From positions 64,001-128,000 of the IMG/VR virus record IMGVR_UViG_3300021964_000018: DNA of 64,000 nucleotides, one strand, 5' to 3'. The notes under the pieces were generated by a model. That model did no database searches. It had not been told where the DNA came from and worked only from the letters and a program-made list of their open reading frames with translations. A program made the position numbers and the translations under genes. Shown here piece by piece: positions 40,443-48,983 of the stretch (within the stretch, counting starts at the first letter, position 1; each line of letters starts with the position of its first letter). Source of the stretch: a virus.

Positions 40443-42062
40443 ATGGAAATCAAAAGAGAAGTAATTTTTAAAGATAGTTTTGAAAGTAAAATAAAAAAAG
40501 GAATTGACACACTTTCAAATGCAGTTAAAACAACAATGGGGCCTAAAGGAAAATTAGTTCTTATTCAGAGAGAAGGACAACACCCAATCGTAACAAAAGA
40601 TGGCGTAACAGTTGCTAATTCTATCAATCTAGTGGATGAAGTAGAAAATTTAGGCGTTAAAGTTTTAAAAGAAGCAGCATCTAGAACTGCTGATGAAGCG
40701 GGTGACGGAACAACTACCTCAACTGTTTTAGCACAAGCCATTTTTAACGAAGGCTTAAAAATGAAGTCTGCAGGATTTCAAATTGATTTAATTAAAAGAG
40801 GTATTGATTCTTCACTTAAATTAATTAAAGATTATTTACTTGAAGCAAAAAAAGATGTAACGAGTAATGAAGAATTAAAGCAAGTTGCAATGATATCTGC
40901 AAACGGTGAAGAAGAAATTGCTAATCTTATTGTCGACGCAATTCAGGCAGCTGGACCTGATGGGTCAGTCATTGTTGAAGAAGCAAAAGGATTTAAATCA
41001 GAGCTTAATGTTGTTGATGGTTTTCGATTAGAGCGCGGATATTTGTCGCCTTATTTTGTAACAGATAAAAATAAAATGACATGTGAATTTGAACGCCCTT
41101 TAATCCTAATTGCCGACAGAGAATTCAATACAATACACGACCTTATGAAACCATTGGAAACGGCTTTGGATTCATCCAGGCCTATTCTGATCATCGGAAA
41201 TGATATCCAAGGTGATGCTCTTCAAGGAATGGTATTAAATAAAGTAAAAGGATCGTTGCGGGTTTGTGCAATTAAGTCTCCGGGTTTTGGCGGGTCTAGA
41301 CATGATATGTTGGTAGATTTGCAGTCAGTTATAGGAGGTGAAGTAATTACATCTTCGTTTAATATGAGCGAATTTAAAATGGAGCATTTTGGAACGTGTG
41401 AAAAATGTATTATTCATAAAAACATGACAATGATTATTTCAAAAGACACGAAGCAAAAAAATAAAAAGATTGAGGAACGAATCGATTCAATTCGAAGCCG
41501 CCTGCTAGAAAGATATTCATTGCAAGATGGTGAAGAAAACATTTTAAAGTATCGTTTACAACAATTGTCGGGAGGTATTGCAATATTACGAGTTGGAGCT
41601 GCTACAGAATCTGAATTGATTGAGAGGTATGATCGTGTTGATGACGCATTGCATGCAACGAGGGCAGCTTTGCAAGAAGGAATCTTACCAGGTGGAGGAG
41701 TTGCATTAGCAAGAAGTTCAAAAAAGCTTAAGGAATTATCGACAACAATTGATAATCCTGATATAAAAGCTGGAGTTGAAATAATGTTAAGAGCTGTTAC
41801 GTCGCCTTTTAAGCAAATCATAAAAAATGGCAATAAGTCAGATCAAACGTTATTAGATGCTGTGATTGAAAAAGATAATAATACAGGTTATGATTCTAGA
41901 AATAATAAGTTTGGTGATATGTATTCTTTGGGAATTGTGGATCCACATAAAGTTGTTAGATGTGCAATTGAAAATGCAACGTCTGCAGCAACAATGTTGT
42001 TGAGTGTTGAATGTTGTCTTATAAGTTTGAAACAAGAAAATTCAGAAGATAATTATAATTAA
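40443..42062 (+). CDS. groEL: Chaperonin GroEL (phage-type)
   Basis: TMGPKG, TKDGVTVA, AGDGTTT, GYLSPYF, K.PGFG, DAL.AT.AA..EGI.PGGG, G.VDP.KV. No GGM tail. Confidence 0.95.
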   Translation: MEIKREVIFKDSFESKIKKGIDTLSNAVKTTMGPKGKLVLIQREGQHPIVTKDGVTVANSINLVDEVENLGVKVLKEAASRTADEAGDGTTTSTVLAQAIFNEGLKMKSAGFQIDLIKRGIDSSLKLIKDYLLEAKKDVTSNEELKQVAMISANGEEEIANLIVDAIQAAGPDGSVIVEEAKGFKSELNVVDGFRLERGYLSPYFVTDKNKMTCEFERPLILIADREFNTIHDLMKPLETALDSSRPILIIGNDIQGDALQGMVLNKVKGSLRVCAIKSPGFGGSRHDMLVDLQSVIGGEVITSSFNMSEFKMEHFGTCEKCIIHKNMTMIISKDTKQKNKKIEERIDSIRSRLLERYSLQDGEENILKYRLQQLSGGIAILRVGAATESELIERYDRVDDALHATRAALQEGILPGGGVALARSSKKLKELSTTIDNPDIKAGVEIMLRAVTSPFKQIIKNGNKSDQTLLDAVIEKDNNTGYDSRNNKFGDMYSLGIVDPHKVVRCAIENATSAATMLLSVECCLISLKQENSEDNYN

Positions 42063-42086
42063 ACATTATATTGTCGGAGATGCAAC

Positions 42087-42470
42087 ATGAGCAATAAAAA
42101 AGTTATATTAAAAGAATTAGATAAAATAGAGATGATTGCTGAATCTTTATATAAAATGGATAGAAAATTATCTTCAACTACATTAACTTTAAAATTAGAA
42201 AGAGATACTCATGTTCCAGATTTAATGACACGTATTAGAATATTACCGGGTGTAGCTGTAGTTGCACAAAAAGATAAGGTTGCTAGATTTTTTGATGGTG
42301 ATGCACAGTTAATGATAAATATTAAATTTTTGCCAAAATCTAATGCAATTTTAAAATCAATTAAACATTTAGCGAAAATGATTCGCAATTTACCAGGAGT
42401 TAAGTCGATAGCAGTTGAAACGTATGATAAAAGAAAAATATCAATGCACGGAAAAAAATTAATTTTATAA
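42087..42470 (+). CDS. Hypothetical protein
   Basis: Twice-repeated IR.LPGV motif. Confidence 0.55.
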   Translation: MSNKKVILKELDKIEMIAESLYKMDRKLSSTTLTLKLERDTHVPDLMTRIRILPGVAVVAQKDKVARFFDGDAQLMINIKFLPKSNAILKSIKHLAKMIRNLPGVKSIAVETYDKRKISMHGKKLIL

Positions 42471-42483
42471 TGTGAGGTGTTTT

Positions 42484-42684
42484 ATGGAAAAACAAAACAA
42501 TATTATTCCAAATAAAGAATTAACATATAACGAGCTGATGTCATTATCAGAAGATCAATTAAGAGAATTATTTCTTTTAACTCGATCAAAAATCATTACC
42601 GGTCAAAAGTTTAAAAAAGATACTACAGAAATTGAAATTTATAATTGCTATATTACTAAAGCAATTGAAGATAAAGCCAGATAA
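42484..42684 (+). CDS. Hypothetical protein
   Basis: GAGG SD before ATG 42484. Confidence 0.5.
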   Translation: MEKQNNIIPNKELTYNELMSLSEDQLRELFLLTRSKIITGQKFKKDTTEIEIYNCYITKAIEDKAR

Positions 42685-42709
42685 CTAAAAATTAAATTTG
42701 TAAATTTTT

Positions 42710-42748
42710 AAGCTAACTTGTGTAAGTTAGCTTTTTTTATGTTATAAT
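42710..42748 (+). terminator. Terminator overlapping TGTAAG-N16-TATAAT promoter of the sigma gene
   Basis: AAGCTAACTT-gtgt-AAGTTAGCTT plus T-run; boxes at 42721 and 42743. Confidence 0.65.
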
Positions 42749-42775
42749 AATATTGTAAAAACCAAAGGAGAAAAA

Positions 42776-43522
42776 TTGAGTTATAATACAGCAATTAATA
42801 ATTATTTTAAAAGTATAAGAAACATTCCTTTACTTACAAAACAACAAGAAATAGAGCTCGCAAAAAAGATTGAGCAAGGAGACATAAAAGCAAAAAAGAA
42901 AATGGTTGAATCAAACTTAAGGCTAGCAATATCAGTTGCTAAAAAATATGCCAAATACGGATCTAGTTTAGAAGATTTAATTCAAGAATCCAATATTGGT
43001 TTAATTAAGGCAGTTGAAAAGTTTGATTGGCGGAAAGGTTATAAATTTTCAACATATGCAACTTGGTGGATTAAACAAGCAGCAACACGTCATTTAACAG
43101 CAAATAATACTTTATTAAAAGTTCCATCTCATACAATTGCAAATGCAAGTAAAGTTTGGAAACTGATTCAGTCTTATCAAGAAGAATTTAATACAGAGCC
43201 TACAATTGAAGAAATTTCCGAGATTCTTAACATACCAGAAAAACACGTTAAGCAGGCAATTGAATCTTTAAAAACGCGTCATTTAAAATCAATCGACAAA
43301 CCTGTTAGTGATGAAAACAACAGGACTTTAGGAGATATTCTTCCAGATAATGCACCAAGCATTGAAACATTAATGGATCAAGAAATTATCAGACAACAAA
43401 TAGTTACTGCATTTAAATCTTTATCTAAACGAGAAGAAATTGTTTTAAGATTAAGATTTGGAATAACTGATATTGATACTAATAATAATGAAATACATGA
43501 AATTAATAACGAGGAGGAATAA
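42776..43522 (+). CDS. Sigma70-family RNA polymerase sigma factor (regions 1.2, 2, 3, 4.1; lacks 4.2 HTH)
   Basis: [69 protein letters not shown], then stop. Confidence 0.9.
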   Translation: MSYNTAINNYFKSIRNIPLLTKQQEIELAKKIEQGDIKAKKKMVESNLRLAISVAKKYAKYGSSLEDLIQESNIGLIKAVEKFDWRKGYKFSTYATWWIKQAATRHLTANNTLLKVPSHTIANASKVWKLIQSYQEEFNTEPTIEEISEILNIPEKHVKQAIESLKTRHLKSIDKPVSDENNRTLGDILPDNAPSIETLMDQEIIRQQIVTAFKSLSKREEIVLRLRFGITDIDTNNNEIHEINNEEE

Positions 43523-43525
43523 GAT

Positions 43526-43834
43526 ATGTCAATGCCAAAAGGATATAAAAAAGAAACAGGTTATGGAACAACAAAAGCATTAGGAGGTTTATCTTATCAT
43601 GCAATTGCTAATGAAATGAATGAAAGAAACTATAAAATGAACCATTCGACTGCAAGAAATTTATTTGTAAACGCATTGATGAAAATCGCAGAAAACATAT
43701 GTAATGTTTATAATCAAAAGTTTGATCAAGAAAAAATTAAAAAGATTGCAATCGATCCAAGATTTCAAGAATCAGTTGCAGAATACATGAGAGAAATTGA
43801 ATATGAAGCTGAATCACGAGATACTAATAAATAA
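43526..43834 (+). CDS. Sigma region-4.2-like HTH protein
   Basis: LSYHAIANEM...MNHSTARNLFVNALMKIA. Own GAGGAGG SD; in frame with the sigma ORF. Confidence 0.55.
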   Translation: MSMPKGYKKETGYGTTKALGGLSYHAIANEMNERNYKMNHSTARNLFVNALMKIAENICNVYNQKFDQEKIKKIAIDPRFQESVAEYMREIEYEAESRDTNK

Positions 43835-44072
43835 TATTGCCAAAGAAACAGAACTTTTAGAGTCATTAGAATGGGATTATGAAGTTTTAGATGAATTATA
43901 TAAATATTTAGATATTCACTTTTCAGGTGATAGTATTATTACACCTGATTTAATTCTTCAAGAAGTCAAAGAAAAGTTTGGTGAAGAGTGCGAAAAAGTT
44001 TTACGTAAATTATTTGTTGAGGTATCTATAACAAATGGATTACACATATATGACCCAGACATTGAAAATTAA
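43803..44072 (+). CDS. Hypothetical protein
   Basis: ORF in operon. Confidence 0.5.
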   Translation: MKLNHEILINNIAKETELLESLEWDYEVLDELYKYLDIHFSGDSIITPDLILQEVKEKFGEECEKVLRKLFVEVSITNGLHIYDPDIEN

Positions 44073-44226
44073 ACCAGGCGATTTAGTTAAAAATATAACA
44101 ATCAAAAAGAAAGAAAAAAGAGTTGGCGTTTTATTATCAAATTATTTTAAAGAGACTGACTGGTTTTATGTTCTTTGTGATGGCAAAAAAGAACGCTGGC
44201 ATATAAGTAATATAGTTTTAGTATAA
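44050..44226 (+). CDS. Small KOW/SH3-like hypothetical protein
   Basis: IKPGDLV...G motif. Confidence 0.45.
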   Translation: MTQTLKIKPGDLVKNITIKKKEKRVGVLLSNYFKETDWFYVLCDGKKERWHISNIVLV

Positions 44227-44243
44227 TATTTTGGAGATAAATT

Positions 44244-44579
44244 ATGGGAACACATTGGCCGAAACCAGGGTTAAATAGTGTAGCTGAATATCAAGCTTCT
44301 GGCTACGCTTTGCCATTAACAGGATCAACAAACATTAGGTACCTTAAATATGTTGCCAGTTCAATAACATTCACAGAAGCAACCGGATCTTTTACAGTGT
44401 ATGATTCGGCAGGTAATGCTTCAGAAGCAGCAACAATTACATCAGCTTGTACTTTTAAAGGAAAGTTTTTAACTTTCATATCAACAAAAGATTGTATTGT
44501 TGAATTGACAAATATCCCGTCAGCATCGTACGGTGAGCATAATCATATTTCTGCATCTTTTAGCGATGCTCCTTTCTAA
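44244..44579 (+). CDS. Small putative virion protein; paralog of 51282..51686
   Basis: GL..V..YQ.S..P N-terminus and LTxI near the C-terminus are shared. Confidence 0.55.
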   Translation: MGTHWPKPGLNSVAEYQASGYALPLTGSTNIRYLKYVASSITFTEATGSFTVYDSAGNASEAATITSACTFKGKFLTFISTKDCIVELTNIPSASYGEHNHISASFSDAPF

Positions 44580-44596
44580 TAATAACAGAGGTTAAG

Positions 44597-44881
44597 ATAT
44601 TTCCCCTAAAATTATTTCCAGGCGACTTAGTTGAAATAGAAAAAGCATCATTTATATTGTGTTGTACTAGGCAAGCTGTATCACATGATTGGATTGGGAG
44701 GGCGTTAGATCGCCCTTTGCTTTTTGGTTTGATTTTAGAAAAAGGGGAAAAGTCTTTTATGAAAGTTGTCTATGACGACGAATGGATGTCAACTGATAAA
44801 GAACAAAAAATTATGTACAAAGTTTATGTTCTTGGTAAAATAGTAAAATTAGATGAACGCTCTTTTGGAGAAAAATTGTGA
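44597..44881 (+). CDS. Small hypothetical protein (start uncertain)
   Basis: Frame is open upstream of TTG 44657 and reads LKLFPGDLVE; AGAGG SD precedes ATA 44597. Confidence 0.4.
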   Translation: MFPLKLFPGDLVEIEKASFILCCTRQAVSHDWIGRALDRPLLFGLILEKGEKSFMKVVYDDEWMSTDKEQKIMYKVYVLGKIVKLDERSFGEKL

Positions 44882-45333
44882 GTAAAAAGAAAAAGAAAAT
44901 AGTTGCAGTATCTGGTGGTTTCGATCCAATTCATATCGGGCATGTTAGAATGATACAGGATGCAAGAAAATTAGGGAACGTTATTGTATTCTTAAACACA
45001 GACGAATGGCTTAAAAGAAAAAAAGGTTATGTTTTTATGCCTTGGGAAGAAAGAGCAGAAATACTTTTAGGTATTAAAGGTGTAAAAGAAGTCTATTCAG
45101 CAATGGATGATGATGATACTGTTTGTGAAGCTCTCAAGTTTTATAAACCGGAGGTGTTTGCAAACGGTGGGGATAGAAAACCTGGTCATGTACCAGAATA
45201 TCAAATATGTGAAGAGTTAGGAATTGAAATGGCATTTTCAGTGGGAGGTGATGATAAACCTCAATCTTCTTCATGGTTAGTTGACAAAGCAAAATATGCT
45301 AAAATCGATCATGGCGATGGGATTGTATTTTAA
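44878..45333 (+). CDS. Cytidylyl/adenylyltransferase (HIGH family, TagD/RfaE-like)
   Basis: SGGFDPIHIGH, N.D.WL.RKKG, ER.E, NGGDR, SSS. Confidence 0.9.
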   Translation: MSKKKKKIVAVSGGFDPIHIGHVRMIQDARKLGNVIVFLNTDEWLKRKKGYVFMPWEERAEILLGIKGVKEVYSAMDDDDTVCEALKFYKPEVFANGGDRKPGHVPEYQICEELGIEMAFSVGGDDKPQSSSWLVDKAKYAKIDHGDGIVF

Positions 45334-46115
45334 TGAATAAATTATTTTTATTTGACATGGACGGAACCTTAACACCGGCCAGAAAGAAAATGAATCACAG
45401 CGTATTGACTGCATTGGAAGCATTACAAATGTCAGGTTGGGATATAGGAATAATTAGCGGTTCAGATTATGAATACATAGAACAACAGTGTAGTTTATTA
45501 TTTGATCTTACGCCTATTGACGTTACAAAAATACATTTTCTACCTTGCAACGGAACAAAATATTACTATAGCTTCAAAAAAGTTTGGGAATATGATATGC
45601 GTTCAAAGTTAGGTTCTAGTTTCATGAATAACATATATCGTAAATTATTAGAATATCAAAATACAATTGTTTCTTTATATAATCAAGATATTCCTTTAAC
45701 AGGTAATTTTTTTCAAATGAGAGGTTCTGTTTTAAACTGGTGTCCGATTGGTCGTAATGCATTACCTGAAGACAGAGAAAAATGGGTTGAAATAGACAGA
45801 AAAAAAGGAATTAGGGAATTATTCATATCAATTTTTAATAAAGTATATGATCCTAATTTAATTACGATTAAACTTGGCGGAGAAACTAGTTTTGACATCT
45901 ACCCAAAAGGATGGAATAAAACATTTCCGCTAGACAAAGAACCTTTTTTAAATTATCAAAAAATATATTTTGCAGGAGATAGATGTTTTAAATCAGGTAA
46001 TGATGAAGAATTGTATAGATGTTTAAAAGCAAAAAAGAATTGCAATGCATTTCAGGTAAATAAACCAGAAGACACAATAGAATTAATAGAAAAAGTAATT
46101 CGGGAGAAAAATTGA
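45333..46115 (+). CDS. Eukaryote-type phosphomannomutase (HAD-IIB)
   Basis: FDMDGTLT..R, GSD, NG, R...N.CPIGR, GG..SFDI.P.GW.K, GD....GND. Confidence 0.85.
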   Translation: MNKLFLFDMDGTLTPARKKMNHSVLTALEALQMSGWDIGIISGSDYEYIEQQCSLLFDLTPIDVTKIHFLPCNGTKYYYSFKKVWEYDMRSKLGSSFMNNIYRKLLEYQNTIVSLYNQDIPLTGNFFQMRGSVLNWCPIGRNALPEDREKWVEIDRKKGIRELFISIFNKVYDPNLITIKLGGETSFDIYPKGWNKTFPLDKEPFLNYQKIYFAGDRCFKSGNDEELYRCLKAKKNCNAFQVNKPEDTIELIEKVIREKN

Positions 46116-46306
46116 AAAAAGAAGAAGTAGAAAAGTTAGTTAGTTTACGTCAATTATTAGTTGAAAAATTTTCAAAATTAAGAGATTATAAAAGTAATAC
46201 AAATGCAATCATGAAAGAATTTGATCATGCACAAGTATTACACAAGACAATCGTAGAAATAGATGGACTTTTAAAAGATTATGTAAGTTTTTCAGATAAA
46301 AAATAA
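46112..46306 (+). CDS. Hypothetical protein
   Basis: GGAG SD with TTG start. Confidence 0.5.
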   Translation: MKKEEVEKLVSLRQLLVEKFSKLRDYKSNTNAIMKEFDHAQVLHKTIVEIDGLLKDYVSFSDKK

Positions 46307-46363
46307 AAACTTATTACAAGATTGTTTCAACCCCTCATATGTAAAAATATGGGGGGTTTTTTT

Positions 46364-47938
46364 ATGTTGTTTTCTTTTTTAATGCTATACTTGGGTTGTA
46401 ATGATTCTACATTAATGAAAGTCGTAGAACAAAAAACTGACATTATTGTACATCCTCAAGAATTATTCTTTGGACATATCGAATCCGGACAAGAATCCGG
46501 GGAAGAAATGTTTTCAATCATGAATACAGGAAACGCTGTACTTTATGTTGAGCCGGTCTTAATGGACGGAAGTACGAGATATATCATTCCTGAATTTGAA
46601 AATGAACAGCTTATAATACAACCAGGGGAAATATTAGATGTTCCTGTCGCTTATCTGCCAATCACCTACGAACATAATGGTGCAGTAGTTAAGGTATTGT
46701 CAAATGACGAAGATAACCCGGAAATATTTGTCAGATTAGAAGGATATGGTGATGCACCAAAAATAGAGGTCAATCCGGAATATGTTGATTATGGAGATAT
46801 TTCAATTGGCTGTGATAATGAATATCGTGTGACGATTAAAAATATCGGTAATTTAGAACTAGAAATTGAAGATGTTATACAAATGACAACATTGCCTAAT
46901 GATATTAATATTGATTACGGCAGTCTACCTGAACCTCCTTGGGAGTTGTCACAAAATGAAGAGATAGACCTTTTAATAAAATATACTCCAAATGATATTG
47001 GTCTAGACGAAAGTATTGTTAAAATTAATAGCAATGATCCAATTAATGAAAGCTTAGAAATAGTACAGGAAGGAAATGGGGATGTTGAGCACTGGATAAT
47101 TCAAGAATGGATTCAAGAAGAAGAAATGATTTATGATATTCTTTGGATTATTGACAATAGCGGATCGATGAATACATTTCAAACCCGCCTATCAGCAAAC
47201 ATGGCAAATTTTATGTCATATATAAATGCATCTGGTAATGTAAATTTTAGAATGGGTTTCATAACAACAGATCAATATCAATTAGTTGCAGCTTATATTG
47301 ACAATAATACCCCTAATGTTAATGTTGCAGCTGCTAATATCGTTGACAGTATAGGAATTCACGGATCAGGTACTGAGAAGGGTTTAGAAAAAGCAGCATT
47401 AGCACTGGAATATTTTACTTTGACAGGTACATTTTTAAGAGAAGATGCTAACTTAATTATGATATTTGTTTCTGACGAATATGACTATTCTCCGCATGGA
47501 ACTGCTGTTTATATTAATGATTATTTATCTTATAAATCTTCAGATAAAATAAAGGCATATGCAGTTATTGGTGATCCTCCAACTGGATGTCAAACTTCAA
47601 ACGGTACTTGGAGCGTAAATGCACACTTTGGTGTTGAATATTATGATGTTGCAATGGCTTTGGGAGGGAGTTGGTATTCGATATGTGAATATGATTGGTC
47701 AAATAATATGACAAATTTGGCACAAGATATTACAATTAAATCTTCATTTGGATTAGAAGAACCTGATCCGATTGTTGATACAATTGAAGTTTATGTTAAT
47801 GGACAACTAGTAACGTCAGGATGGAGTTATGACCCGGCAGAAAATTGGATACGTTTTGATCAAAATAATATTCCTGCAGGAGGTCAAACAATAAGAATTG
47901 AATATGCAACTTATGGTTGCGGAGAAATTGAACAATGA
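46364..47938 (+). CDS. Lipoprotein with two Ig-like (ASH/choice-of-anchor D) domains and a VWA domain
   Basis: Lipobox LYLGC; I.N.G...L repeats with SND; DILWIIDNSGSM MIDAS, TTD, E.GL, VSDE.D.S. Confidence 0.75.
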   Translation: MLFSFLMLYLGCNDSTLMKVVEQKTDIIVHPQELFFGHIESGQESGEEMFSIMNTGNAVLYVEPVLMDGSTRYIIPEFENEQLIIQPGEILDVPVAYLPITYEHNGAVVKVLSNDEDNPEIFVRLEGYGDAPKIEVNPEYVDYGDISIGCDNEYRVTIKNIGNLELEIEDVIQMTTLPNDINIDYGSLPEPPWELSQNEEIDLLIKYTPNDIGLDESIVKINSNDPINESLEIVQEGNGDVEHWIIQEWIQEEEMIYDILWIIDNSGSMNTFQTRLSANMANFMSYINASGNVNFRMGFITTDQYQLVAAYIDNNTPNVNVAAANIVDSIGIHGSGTEKGLEKAALALEYFTLTGTFLREDANLIMIFVSDEYDYSPHGTAVYINDYLSYKSSDKIKAYAVIGDPPTGCQTSNGTWSVNAHFGVEYYDVAMALGGSWYSICEYDWSNNMTNLAQDITIKSSFGLEEPDPIVDTIEVYVNGQLVTSGWSYDPAENWIRFDQNNIPAGGQTIRIEYATYGCGEIEQ

Positions 47939-48423
47939 AAGCTATTGCGAGTTTTCTTTTCTTTTTATCTGTCGCATGTGTATTTTCAGTAGGAAAACAT
48001 GCAAAAACATTACCGGCTTATATTTGGGATATGCCTCCGTCAATTGTGAATTGTATCGACAAAGAAGATATGAACCCAAAATTATTTGATGATGCTGTTA
48101 AATTTTGGGAATCATATGGTCATGAATTCTTGTTCAAGGAAAACAATAAAAGTGACATATGTGAATCAGATTACCCTTATGGTTTTATTATTGTAAAAGT
48201 ATCATATGATTTAGAATATTATATTTTAGGGCAAACAGAAAAAATATATAGAAAACCAACAAATAAAATGAAGGGTTCGATAATTTATTTAAATTATTAT
48301 TATATCGACGATGGTTTAATCCTTGCTCATGAAATTGGGCATGCTTTAGGATATAAACATGTAGATCAGATAGGACATATTATGAATCCAATGAGGCCTA
48401 ACGCCGATTATTACTTTTATTAA
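47935..48423 (+). CDS. Matrixin-like metzincin metalloprotease, exported
   Basis: Signal peptide; HEIGHALGYKH plus Met-turn (IMNP). Confidence 0.85.
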   Translation: MKAIASFLFFLSVACVFSVGKHAKTLPAYIWDMPPSIVNCIDKEDMNPKLFDDAVKFWESYGHEFLFKENNKSDICESDYPYGFIIVKVSYDLEYYILGQTEKIYRKPTNKMKGSIIYLNYYYIDDGLILAHEIGHALGYKHVDQIGHIMNPMRPNADYYFY

Positions 48424-48983
48424 ATATGATATCCGTTATCTGTTCCAGCATCGTAAAAATAAAAACCTGCTCCATTTGATTGCCATGTTCCAGCATCCCT
48501 TCTAAACTCAACTGTGCAAGTTCCTGGGCCAGTGTTGTTGGCAGCAAAAATACAGATAGGATAATAAATTCCTGCATTTAGCGTAATGTTTCCACTGGTT
48601 CTAGTTTGAGGGAGGTGCACCCCGCCATTATCGACAGTAGCATCAGCATTCACCATGTTTGCATTTGTTTGCTGTGCAGCATTTCTTGGTTCTCCGGTGT
48701 CTTCCCTATTAATCCAAAGAAATGATGCATCATCAGAATTAGTTCTAAATTGCCAAGTAGTGGAGTCTTGATCGGGAAGAAAATAACCACGCCATATAAC
48801 TGCATCAGTTGTAGATATTGTAAAAGAATTTATGGAAGTACTTACACTTTCTGCATCCGGGTCTCCTCCTGAAGCTGCAATTGCAGCTGGATCTGCATAA
48901 TACGCATCGTGCCAAGCTTGATAATACAAACCGGCTGTATAAACTCTTATCTGTCCAGGATTTTGTATTTGATTAATAATCAT
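48420..48983 (-). CDS. PA14/GLEYA-like carbohydrate-binding protein
   Basis: W.GYF.P....W.F...SDDAS.LWI...DNGG.H......I.L.AG.YYPI.I. Confidence 0.75.
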   Translation of the reverse strand: MIINQIQNPGQIRVYTAGLYYQAWHDAYYADPAAIAASGGDPDAESVSTSINSFTISTTDAVIWRGYFLPDQDSTTWQFRTNSDDASFLWINREDTGEPRNAAQQTNANMVNADATVDNGGVHLPQTRTSGNITLNAGIYYPICIFAANNTGPGTCTVEFRRDAGTWQSNGAGFYFYDAGTDNGYHI

